DNA from: Armatimonadota bacterium
GTDB taxonomy: Bacteria; Armatimonadota; Zipacnadia; Zipacnadales; VGFC01
Assembly (NCBI GenBank): GCA_016869045.1
Contig: VGFC01000005.1
Span: 1-50,769 of the forward strand
Length of the DNA: 50,769 bases
Direction of reading: 5' to 3'
This document shows, piece after piece, positions 17,601 through 25,249 of this stretch. A model generated the notes under the pieces. That model saw only the letters and a list, made by a program, of their open reading frames with translations, was not told the origin of the DNA and did no database searches. Both the position numbers and the translations under genes were made by a program. How positions within the stretch are numbered: the first letter of the stretch is position 1; each line of letters begins with the position of its first letter.

Positions 17601-17862
17601 GCGAGGTGACTCCGTCACCCTTACGCTGAGTGTCGTTGACGCCGAGGGGACGCCCATCGATGCCGTGGTGCCGCTGAAGCTCGACGTGCTCGATCCCGAT
17701 GGGAGGCCGGCCGAGTTCAGCGGCTACTACGGCGCCGGCGGCGGACGGCTGCAAGTGAAGCTCGACCTCGCGCCGAATGACGGGGCGGGCACGTGGGAGA
17801 TCCGCGCGACGGAACTTGCCTCCGGGGAGACGGCGACCGGCTACGTCCGCGTGGGGGAGTGA
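14605..17862 (+). CDS. Secreted multidomain putative glycoside hydrolase (LamG/ConA-like, catalytic barrel, GH42-like trimerisation, Ig-like)
   Basis: LGLWQF.EG....DSSGRG; FTIEWW; GKWYHVAFVYDG; FPGLLDQVR (LamG); YRVLVMMDCDVL...FQKAGGLVVAD. Confidence 0.7.
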   Translation: MLLSGVILMIAAGDLPAQQPRLSEPYEAEYAGEDATGKHVLGLWQFAEGAETADSSGRGHNCELQGATLNAAGRFGACLESFRGWPDEDTRHAAVVPNHPDLSPKGAFTIEWWMSPKADLEGYPDAFLIDKKYVADADYQIILGAADKGNLRRLRANLGFGNGSETYNSEAAVFEAGKWYHVAFVYDGQGGGRFVLNGRGFGGGEVPGRGSIGAGTHALNIGDRVGSYYHGFPGLLDQVRLCQGALEFRRAGIDLATVRRAYVRMEQAPPLKLAVTNFQRSPLSGAQVRVSLSGAGETQFAVPELASGATTEIGYPLNTALRPDAYSLRAAVEIPGADPYTSEQSFGVTIVPRPLPHVMPVLMWGIGSPSEVRKETERLKRIGFTHCVGLGADYARIWDAGAPTEASSPADVASARAMLDEALVNGIGICAQLSPGRWAGEKPELRRVTRDGKPYDKPEVCGLLPEVQSLCRNVGVSVAQTYGDYPAFDAALLHTEVRDGANLCFHEQDRAAFRAATGLEVPEAAQAKWGVSHSKLPNFPADRVIEDNDPIYVYQKWYWQAGDGWNGLNTALAEGLKSTGRKNLWTFHDPAVRVASVLGSGGAVDYLSQWTYSYPDPLRIATATDELLTMARNAGRPQDLMKMTQIIWYRSQTAPVSEASQQKVAAQSVWEDSEPDAAFITIAPMHLREAFWTKIARPIQGIMYHGWQSLVPTGSTSGYRYTHPQTQHELTRLTHEIVQPLGPTLRQVPEAKSDVAFLESFASEMFAGRGTYGWGHTWLGDAYLILQWAQLQPEIVFDETVAQKGLDGYRVLVMMDCDVLTRTVVEKVQAFQKAGGLVVADDRLCPAIRPDIVLIPYERTKQADVDKAALQALAAQLCQQLDKRYQRHVDSLNPNVVTHYRRYGTTDYVFLINDHREFGDYVGRYKLVMERGLPSSATVTIARPAKAVYDLVRHRPVTIRQADGKLQLDADVEPCDGRLLMVTDRAIAGVNIEAPETAKRGDSVTLTLSVVDAEGTPIDAVVPLKLDVLDPDGRPAEFSGYYGAGGGRLQVKLDLAPNDGAGTWEIRATELASGETATGYVRVGE

Positions 17863-17863
17863 A

Positions 17864-17935
17864 GCGAAAAAGAGGGACACCATACCGATTTCGCGCGACG
17901 TTTCGCGAAATTGGTATGGTGTCCCTCTTTTTCGC
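17864..17935. repeat. 32-bp-arm palindrome with a GGGACA core between convergent genes; likely also a bidirectional terminator
   Basis: GCGAAAAAGAGGGACACCATACCGATTTCGCG, 8-nt loop, reverse complement with one mismatch. A5/T5 runs at the stem base. Confidence 0.85.
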
Positions 17936-17937
17936 CG

Positions 17938-19482
17938 TCAGTACTTGCCGAAGGTGATGCCCTGCCATTCGTCCGTGCGGAACGGACCGGCCGGCAGATC
18001 GGCGCCGTTGTACAGGTTGCCGTCCGGGTTGTCCGCCCAGTCGTAACGGACCGCCACGGGAGCGGCCACCTGCGCGCTTGACACGACGACCATGCTTCCG
18101 TCGATCTTCGCTCCAGCCCACACGAACTTCCTGTCCTCCCCGGCGATCGCGAAGCCCTTGAGCGGCTCGCCGCCCTTGGCAACGAGACCCTCGGCATGGG
18201 TGAGCCTGACGCGGATCGTGTTGCCCTCGACTGCCATCGAGTCGTACAGCGGGCCGGAGTACTCGATGGCCTTGCCGTAGTCCTTCGCCAGGGCGATGAG
18301 CGCCAGCCGCTTGCCGACGTCCTGCTTGTTCGTCGGGTGGATGTTCGTCGCGTCACCGATGTCGATGATGACCGCCTGGCCGCTGTGCTCGACGTTCGCC
18401 GCCGTCATCGTCTGCGCTTCGCGCAGCTCCGCCCAGGCGCTCTCGGCGGGCACGTCCTTGCGCGCCATGTAGTTCGCGAGCTGCACAATGTAGAAGGGGA
18501 ACGGCCCCTCGCCCCACTTGGTTCGCCAGTCCTGGATCATCGTCGGCAGCAACGTGCGGTAGGCGTACGCCCGGCCGGCGTTCGACTCGCCCTGGTACCA
18601 GATCGCGCCTCGAATGCCGAAGGGGATGAGCGGCTCGATCATTCCGTTGTAGAGGCCCGCCGGCATGTGCTGCTTCTGGTCGAAGAAGGGCGGGTTCGGC
18701 GCGCGCTCGGTGAAGGGCTGGTTCGCCGCCTTGGCGTCCTCCTGGCGCTTCTTCCAGTCGGCCAGTTTCGTGTCGTAGTCGGCCTTCTGCTGCGGGTAGT
18801 TCCTCTCGCCGTCGGCCCAGCGCTGGAGGACCGGCGCGAACATCTCGTTGGCCTCCAGCGATCCGTGCGTCGTCCAGGCCTCGGCCATCGTCCCGCCCCA
18901 TGAGCTGTTGATCAGCCCGACCGGCACGTTGAGGTCCTGGTAGAGCGTTCGCCCGAAGAAGTAGCCCGCGGCGGTGAAGCCCGGCACGCTCTGCGGGCTG
19001 CACTCGACCCAACTCCCCTGCGTGTCCGCCTCCGGCGTCGGGCTCGGCCGGCGCGCGACGGTGAAGAGACGTATCTGGGGATACGTCGCCGCCGCGGTCT
19101 CCTCGGGCGCGTTGTTGACCCCCTGCACGGTCATCCCCATGTTCGACTGCCCCGAGCACACCCACACCTCGCCGGCCAGGACGTTCCTCAACGTGATCGC
19201 ATTCTTCCCGGCGATCCCCATCTCGTCCGGGCCGCCGGCTGTCAGCGGCGCGAGCTTCACCGACCACTTGCCGTCATCGCCCGCGGTCGCGGTCAGCGTC
19301 TGACCACGGAACGTCACCGTTACGTCCTCGCCCGGATCGGCCCAGCCGTAGATCGGGGCCTGCATCCCGGCCTGCAGCACCATGTTGTCGCCAACGATCG
19401 CCGGCAGCTTCACATCGGCCACAACCGGCAGCGCCAACACGAACGCCATGAGCACGAACAGCCATGTCACTCGACGCGTCAA
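17938..19482 (-). CDS. Sialate O-acetylesterase (SASA family), secreted
   Basis: GDNMVLQ; GEVWVCSGQSNM; SSWGGT; GAIWYQGESNA; IHPTNKQDVGKRLA; PFRTD. TTG start after GGAGG. Confidence 0.93.
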   Translation of the reverse strand: MTRRVTWLFVLMAFVLALPVVADVKLPAIVGDNMVLQAGMQAPIYGWADPGEDVTVTFRGQTLTATAGDDGKWSVKLAPLTAGGPDEMGIAGKNAITLRNVLAGEVWVCSGQSNMGMTVQGVNNAPEETAAATYPQIRLFTVARRPSPTPEADTQGSWVECSPQSVPGFTAAGYFFGRTLYQDLNVPVGLINSSWGGTMAEAWTTHGSLEANEMFAPVLQRWADGERNYPQQKADYDTKLADWKKRQEDAKAANQPFTERAPNPPFFDQKQHMPAGLYNGMIEPLIPFGIRGAIWYQGESNAGRAYAYRTLLPTMIQDWRTKWGEGPFPFYIVQLANYMARKDVPAESAWAELREAQTMTAANVEHSGQAVIIDIGDATNIHPTNKQDVGKRLALIALAKDYGKAIEYSGPLYDSMAVEGNTIRVRLTHAEGLVAKGGEPLKGFAIAGEDRKFVWAGAKIDGSMVVVSSAQVAAPVAVRYDWADNPDGNLYNGADLPAGPFRTDEWQGITFGKY

Positions 19483-19504
19483 GGTAGGTCCCTCCGTTCC
19501 TCAG

Positions 19505-19600
19505 AGGGGCCGAATGCGAAGCATCCGGCCCCTGTTTCGCACTCCAAGGGGCCGGATAGCCGTGCGACGAGCCAGTTCGTCGCACGGCTATGCGGCCCCT
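19505..19600. repeat. Two related hairpins bounded by AGGGGCCG...CGGCCCCT
   Basis: Short hairpin at 19505-19533. Long hairpin at 19547-19600 (24-bp arms, one mismatch, GCCAGT loop). Confidence 0.75.
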
Positions 19601-19609
19601 CCCCGACAA

Positions 19610-20710
19610 TCAGTAGACTCCGTGCGTCCTGGCGACCTCGATCATTGCGTGGATGTTCTCGTCCGGCGTATCGCGGCCGCACTGGTCGCCGGTCGAGAGG
19701 ATGAAGCCGCCGTCCTCGGCCGCGACGTCGATGCACCAGCGCGACTCCCGCGCGACGATCTCGGGCGTGCCGTGCAGCATGTGCTCGGTGGTGTGCAGGT
19801 TGCCCATCAGGCCGATGTCCCGGCTGAAGAGACGCTTGATCTCGGCGAGGTCGCAGTCGCCCATCGGCGGGCGCTCCAGCGGGTTGATGCTGGACAGGTC
19901 GGTCTCCTTCGCGCAGATCTCGACGAGCGCGCGCTCCGGCCCGCAGGAGTGGACCTGCGTCGGGATGCCCGCGTCCTTCGCGATGCGCGTGAGCCTCTGC
20001 AGCGTCGGCAAGCCGAGGTCGCGGAAGATGTCGGGCGTCTGGAACACGAGGCAGCCCGAGAACCCGGTGAGGATGAAGTCCGGCTTCATCGCGATGACCT
20101 GCTCCATGCGGGCCTCGATTCCCGCTTCTTGCTGCAGCGCCCGTTCCTTCACGGCTGAGTAGTTGTCGTGGTACTCGTAGATCTGCTCCACGTTGTAGAG
20201 CCCCGGGATGCCGACGTGCACGCCGACCGCGCCGTCCTCGCCCATGTGCTCGGTGGCGGCGGCGACCACTTCGGCCTCGGTCATCTCCGGAGCGGGGTCC
20301 TCGAAGTCCTCCCACGTCTCCGGCTCGCGCGGCAGGCCGATCTTCTCGACCGGCACGCCCCCGGTCGGCGGATCGGCGACGTAGAACACGGTCACGTACG
20401 GGTGCCAGACGCGCTTGCCGTTCTCCTCGCTGTAGCCCTGCAGGTAGATGCGCTCCTCCGTGCGCTGCACGATCGCGCAGTTGCGGTACTTCCCCTGCGC
20501 CCCGACGCCCGGCAGCCAGCCATCGAAGCCGAAATGCCGTGCGCAGTCGATGTAGGCCTTCCACAGCGGCGGGTTGCGGTACAGGTAGATGTCCCAGAAC
20601 GGCTTCCCCGTCAACCGACAGGGGATCATGTTCGACGTATCCGGCGCCACCGGCACCATGTCCGGCTGCCGGTTCGACATCGCGGTCAGTATCCGCTCGC
20701 GGGACGTCAT
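19610..20710 (-). CDS. Uroporphyrinogen decarboxylase (URO-D/methyltransferase) family protein
   Basis: MTSRERILTAM..RQPDMVPV; HSCG; LMGNL; GGFILSTGDQ..RDTP.EN..AM. Confidence 0.85.
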   Translation of the reverse strand: MTSRERILTAMSNRQPDMVPVAPDTSNMIPCRLTGKPFWDIYLYRNPPLWKAYIDCARHFGFDGWLPGVGAQGKYRNCAIVQRTEERIYLQGYSEENGKRVWHPYVTVFYVADPPTGGVPVEKIGLPREPETWEDFEDPAPEMTEAEVVAAATEHMGEDGAVGVHVGIPGLYNVEQIYEYHDNYSAVKERALQQEAGIEARMEQVIAMKPDFILTGFSGCLVFQTPDIFRDLGLPTLQRLTRIAKDAGIPTQVHSCGPERALVEICAKETDLSSINPLERPPMGDCDLAEIKRLFSRDIGLMGNLHTTEHMLHGTPEIVARESRWCIDVAAEDGGFILSTGDQCGRDTPDENIHAMIEVARTHGVY

Positions 20711-20726
20711 GTATCAGAGGCCTCCG

Positions 20727-23045
20727 TCAAGGGTAGACTCGTACCTCGTAGACTCTCGCCCCGAACCCCTCGCCCCACACTGCTCTCACGGTCAGCCTCA
20801 GCTTCGTGGTCGTCACCGTCTCGATCTCATGCACGCGCCAGCGATGGTGGTTGTCGTCCACCTCAACCACCGTCGCCCATTCGCCGTCCCGCCAAGCACT
20901 CACCTCGTACGCCTTGGCCAACATCGGCAGGACGCGTGCTCCGGTGTGCCAGGGGTTCTCGTGAGTGAGCTTCGGGAGGTTGTCGAAGGTCAGGCAGACG
21001 CGCGAGACCGTCTGCGGCTTGTCCCATTCCAGCGTGAGGTCCTGCGGCAAGCCGTCGCGCGGGTCGCTCAGCCACATGTTCAGCGGCGCGCGGCTGAAAC
21101 GGCGGTGGAAGCCGTTGATGACGTTCGCTGCCTCCCCGAGCCTCGGCGCGGGTGAGAGCCGCATCGTGCCCATCGCGCCCAGAGGCTTCCAGCGCGGGGA
21201 ATGGTGGCTGTGCTCGACCGCCTCCGCGATCTCGCACGGCCGGTCGGCCATCGCCCACTGCACGGTCGGGTTCGCGTGGAGGTGGATCAGCACGCGGTCC
21301 GCGTCGCTCGCCGCGTCCTTCGGGCCAAGCTGCACGCCTCCGAGGGAGAACCCAGACCAGCCCTGGTAGCCCGGCGGCAGCAGCCCCGTCGCAAGGTGTA
21401 CGGTCGCGAAGGCCTCGTCGCGCAGGTCGTTCCAGCCCCACGCGTGCCAGTCGTCCGTTGTCGTCCATCTCGGTTCGCGGCTTGCGCGAAGGATCGTGAG
21501 TGCGAGCGCTTGGTCCGCGTCGCTGGTATTGCGTAGGTGCATCTCCACCGCGTCCAGCCTCTCCGGCCAGTCCGAGAGCAGCACGCCCGCCGGGGCGATG
21601 AGCGGGACAAGCTGCCCGACGGTCTGCTCGTTGAAGCGCATCTCGCTCGTCCCGGAGATGCGCGCTCGGCGCGCGAGGTCATCGGGGTCGTGGCTCGCGA
21701 GGTTGAGGATCGTCGCGTCGCGGCGGAGCAGCTCCTGCCGCAGCTCCCCAAGGCGCTGCTGCCCGAGTTCCCTGGGCGAGCAGTCGTGCTTTCGGCAGAG
21801 GGCCGCCGCGAGGCCGACCGCCTGCCCGATGGCCGCGCCGGTCCGCATGATCCGGGTGCTGGAGTGCGCGAGGTGGGTTGCGCTGATCAGCCGACCAGCC
21901 AGGAACAAGTTGCCGATGTTGCGCGAGTAGCAGGCGCGGTACGGCACGCCGTACAGCGGCGGGATGCTGTGGGCGAAGATGTCGCTGCCTTCGCCCAGAG
22001 GGCGGTGGTCGTCGAGGTCGTGACCACCGTATGCGATGTCGTCCTCGAACGTGCGCCCTGCCTCCAGGTCGGTCTGGGTCAGCACATGGTCACCCATGAA
22101 GCGGCGGCTCTCGCGCTTGCCGGCCTTCGGGCTGACCCAAAGCAGGTCCCAGCACTTCGTCTCCTCGCGGTGCGGCCCGTTCTTGATGTGATCCCACTCG
22201 GCCCAGAGCTGCTTCAGCAGCATCTCGTAGATGAGGCCATCGTCGCGGATCGTGTCCAGGTGGCCGCCCGTCTCCGTGACGTACAGGAAGAAGAGGTCCT
22301 TCTGATCGCTGAACCAGCCGGCGTGGTGATGCAGGAACGAGCCCATGCTCCCGTGCCACACGCGCGGGATGAACTCGGGCGTGCCGGCCGGGGGAATGAA
22401 GCGCACCTCGCGGTTCGTGCGGTGCGCGATGGCGACGAGGCTGGTGCCCTGCACGCGGTCGGTGCGCTGCTCAGGGGCCGAGCGCTCGCCATACTCGCTC
22501 CGCTGCTCCGTGCCCCAGTCGAAGTGCGCACCTGCCAGCGCGCCGATCTCGCCGTCCCCTGAAGCCTCGATCACGCAGCCCGCGACCTCGATCCTCACCG
22601 TGCGGAAGGCCGCCAGATCCTCGGCAATCACCGCCGTGATCCGCGAGCCCTCCACGACCGGTTGCCGCGCGTAGTGGCGCTTGAGCACCTTCACCCCGGC
22701 GGCTTCGAGGTGCTCCTGCACGACCGCCTCGAAGCGCCGGTGGATGCTGTAGCCCATCGTGCCGCCGCTGATGTGGGTCACCGCGTCGGTCCAGCAACCA
22801 TCCTCCTGCAGCTCCTGGATGAGGCCGGTCTCGGTGGCGTAGTGCGCGTAGCGGTCGGCGCCGGTGATCCCCACTCCCAGGGTCGGCCCCGAGTTTCCGC
22901 CGAGCACCTCGTCCTTCTCCAGCAGGATCGTGCTGCACCCGCACGGCCCGGCCTGAATTGCCGCGCAGTAGCCCGACACTCCCGACCCGATCACGAGGAC
23001 GTCGCAGTGGTGGACGACCTCGGCTTCGCGCGCCTTCGGTGCCAT
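20727..23045 (-). CDS. FAD-dependent oxidoreductase with a C-terminal discoidin/F5-8-like domain
   Basis: DVLVIGSGVSG; LGGNS; IEASGDG; KRESRR..G..VLT; YGVPYRA.YS.N..NLFLAGR.IS.TH; ARVYEVRVY. Confidence 0.85.
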   Translation of the reverse strand: MAPKAREAEVVHHCDVLVIGSGVSGYCAAIQAGPCGCSTILLEKDEVLGGNSGPTLGVGITGADRYAHYATETGLIQELQEDGCWTDAVTHISGGTMGYSIHRRFEAVVQEHLEAAGVKVLKRHYARQPVVEGSRITAVIAEDLAAFRTVRIEVAGCVIEASGDGEIGALAGAHFDWGTEQRSEYGERSAPEQRTDRVQGTSLVAIAHRTNREVRFIPPAGTPEFIPRVWHGSMGSFLHHHAGWFSDQKDLFFLYVTETGGHLDTIRDDGLIYEMLLKQLWAEWDHIKNGPHREETKCWDLLWVSPKAGKRESRRFMGDHVLTQTDLEAGRTFEDDIAYGGHDLDDHRPLGEGSDIFAHSIPPLYGVPYRACYSRNIGNLFLAGRLISATHLAHSSTRIMRTGAAIGQAVGLAAALCRKHDCSPRELGQQRLGELRQELLRRDATILNLASHDPDDLARRARISGTSEMRFNEQTVGQLVPLIAPAGVLLSDWPERLDAVEMHLRNTSDADQALALTILRASREPRWTTTDDWHAWGWNDLRDEAFATVHLATGLLPPGYQGWSGFSLGGVQLGPKDAASDADRVLIHLHANPTVQWAMADRPCEIAEAVEHSHHSPRWKPLGAMGTMRLSPAPRLGEAANVINGFHRRFSRAPLNMWLSDPRDGLPQDLTLEWDKPQTVSRVCLTFDNLPKLTHENPWHTGARVLPMLAKAYEVSAWRDGEWATVVEVDDNHHRWRVHEIETVTTTKLRLTVRAVWGEGFGARVYEVRVYP

Positions 23046-23136
23046 GGCGATTGGCTCCCTACGTCCGGTTGTCTCGGCCCGCGAGTGTTGCCCGAGAAGG
23101 CCCGTGTGACCTTCGTTCGAGGCCAGCGCCGCGGCG

Positions 23137-23165
23137 GGAACTCAGCCCCGCGCGTGCGTGCTGAA
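23137..23165 (+). promoter_or_regulatory. Possible ECF-sigma promoter upstream of msrBA
   Basis: GGAACT-N17-GCTGAA resembles the RpoE/AlgU GAACTT-N16/17-TCTGA consensus. Confidence 0.35.
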
Positions 23166-23206
23166 ACGGTTGGGGGAGGTTGCCTCGCTAGGGAAGGGTG
23201 CCGCTC

Positions 23207-24232
23207 ATGCGACTGAACCCAGGCTTCCTGAAGGTCGCTGTGGATGTCGTGATTGTCGCTCTGGTTGCCATCGGACTTGCCTTGTCGATTCGAGGGAGCG
23301 AGAGCCGCAGTGAGCCGGCTGCTCCCGCCGACACGCACTCCTCTGCAAAGGACTCCGTCACTCCCGTGACCACTCAGCAGCCGCAGAACTGGCGCCCTCT
23401 GACGCCCGAGGAGGAGCGCGTCATCGTCCACAAGGGGACCGAGCGCCCCTTCACCGGCGAGTACGTCAACCGCTTCGACAAGGGCGTCTATGTCTGCCGC
23501 CGTTGCGGCGCGATGCTCTATCGCTCGGACGACAAGTTCCGCAGCGACTGCGGCTGGCCGGCGTTCGATGACGAGATTCCCGGCGCCGTGAAGCGCCTGC
23601 CCGATGCCGATGGGGTCCGCACGGAGATCGTCTGCGCGAACTGCGACGGGCACCTCGGCCATGTGTTCGCCGGCGAGCATCTCACCGCCAAGAACACGCG
23701 CCACTGCGTCAACTCGATCTCGCTGCTGTTCGTCCCGGCCGAGGAGGTGAAGTACGGCCGCGCGATCTTCGCCGGCGGCTGCTTCTGGGGGGTCGAGTAC
23801 TGGTTCGAGCAGCAACCAGGCGTGATCGAGGCGACCAGCGGCTACACCGGCGGCACGACGCCGAACCCGACCTACGAGATCATCCACTCCCGCCACACCG
23901 GCCACGCGGAGGCGGTGGAGGTGCTGTTCGACCCGGTGCGAGTCTCGTTCGAGCAGCTCGCGAAGCTGTTCTTTGAGATCCACGACCCCACGCAGCGCGA
24001 CGGGCAAGGGCCCGACATCGGCGCGGAGTACCGGTCGGCGATCCTCTACACCGATGACGCGCAGAAGCAAGTCGTCGAGAAGCTCATCGCCGAGCTGAAG
24101 GCGCGAGGGATGGACATCGCCACCGAGGTCGCGCCCGCCGGCACGTTCTGGCTCGCCGAGGACTACCACCAGGACTACTACGCCAAGAAGGGCACGGCTC
24201 CGGCGTGCCACAACCGCAGGCCGCTCTGGTAG
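23207..24232 (+). CDS. msrAB: Bifunctional methionine sulfoxide reductase MsrB-MsrA with an N-terminal export/anchor helix
   Basis: MsrB: GTERPF, CRRC, GWPAF, RTEIVCANCDGHLGHVF, RHCVNS. MsrA: AGGCFWG, SGYTGG, TGHAE, HDPT, AEDYHQDY. Confidence 0.95.
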   Translation: MRLNPGFLKVAVDVVIVALVAIGLALSIRGSESRSEPAAPADTHSSAKDSVTPVTTQQPQNWRPLTPEEERVIVHKGTERPFTGEYVNRFDKGVYVCRRCGAMLYRSDDKFRSDCGWPAFDDEIPGAVKRLPDADGVRTEIVCANCDGHLGHVFAGEHLTAKNTRHCVNSISLLFVPAEEVKYGRAIFAGGCFWGVEYWFEQQPGVIEATSGYTGGTTPNPTYEIIHSRHTGHAEAVEVLFDPVRVSFEQLAKLFFEIHDPTQRDGQGPDIGAEYRSAILYTDDAQKQVVEKLIAELKARGMDIATEVAPAGTFWLAEDYHQDYYAKKGTAPACHNRRPLW

Positions 24233-24337
24233 GCTGTCGCACCCCCTCTGTTCTCCCGTTGCGTCTTCCTTGAGAGGTGAAGCCGGCGTTCGAGGGCGAA
24301 CCTTCGCGCCATCGCTGTGAGGGCGAGGGATTCCCGC

Positions 24338-25231
24338 ATGTCGGTTGCCGGCTGGACCAAGTACGAGGGGAACCCGGTCCTGGGCGGTAACCTGGGCACG
24401 TGTTTCGACGTCTGCGTGCGTAGGGAAGCCGGCACGTACCGAATGTGGTTCTCGTGGCGCCCGCGACAGAGCCTGGCGCTCGTGGAGAGCCCGGACGGCG
24501 TCCGCTGGAGTGAGCCGCGGATCGTCCTCGGCCCGCGGTCGGAGACCGGCTGGGAGGACGACATCAACCGGCCGTCTGTGTTGAGGCTCGGAGACGAGTA
24601 CCACCTCTGGTACACCGGGCAGGCGCACGGTCGCTCGGCGATCGGCCACGCCGTCAGCGCCGACGGCGTGACATGGGAGCGGACGGGCGAAGCGCCCGCG
24701 CTCTCACCCGCGGAGCCCTGGGAGAAGGTCGCGCTGATGTGCCCCCACGTGCTCTGGGACGTGGGAGAGCAACGGTTCCACATGTGGTACTCGGGCGGCG
24801 AGCAGTACGAGCCCGACGCGATCGGCTACGCTACCAGCCTCGACGGCCTCAACTGGAGTAAGTCGGAGGCCAATCCGGTGTTCCAGCCTGATCCAGACAG
24901 CCCGTGGGATCACCACAAGGTGGCGGCTTGTCAGGTCGTGCAGAGCGGCGGCTGGCATGTGATGTTCTACATCGGCTTCCGCGACGCCGACCACGCGCGG
25001 ATCGGCCTCGCGCGCTCGCGCGATGGGATCACGAACTGGCAGCGCCACCTTGCGAACCCCATCATCCGGCCCGATGAGGGCCAGTGGGACCACGATGCGT
25101 GCTACAAGCCCCACGCGCTCTTCGACGGGCGACGCTGGCTGCTGTGGTACAACGGGCGGCGCGGCAGTGTCGAGCAGATCGGCCTCGTGACGCACGAGGG
25201 CGAGGACCTGGGGTTCGACACGGCGCCCTGA
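24338..25231 (+). CDS. Five-bladed beta-propeller glycosidase (GH32/GH43/GH130-like)
   Basis: Repeated blades: Y.MW(F/Y)S/T-G ... IG.A.S.DG..W ... NPV/I ... W(E/D). Start ATG 24338 (GTG 24317 also possible). Confidence 0.8.
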   Translation: MSVAGWTKYEGNPVLGGNLGTCFDVCVRREAGTYRMWFSWRPRQSLALVESPDGVRWSEPRIVLGPRSETGWEDDINRPSVLRLGDEYHLWYTGQAHGRSAIGHAVSADGVTWERTGEAPALSPAEPWEKVALMCPHVLWDVGEQRFHMWYSGGEQYEPDAIGYATSLDGLNWSKSEANPVFQPDPDSPWDHHKVAACQVVQSGGWHVMFYIGFRDADHARIGLARSRDGITNWQRHLANPIIRPDEGQWDHDACYKPHALFDGRRWLLWYNGRRGSVEQIGLVTHEGEDLGFDTAP

Positions 25232-25249
25232 GCCGCGGTTCGCACGTGA

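Noticed and set aside
19610-20710. hemE assignment for the URO-D proteins
   Set aside because: The HemE RQAGR motif is missing in both copies and there are no haem genes nearby.
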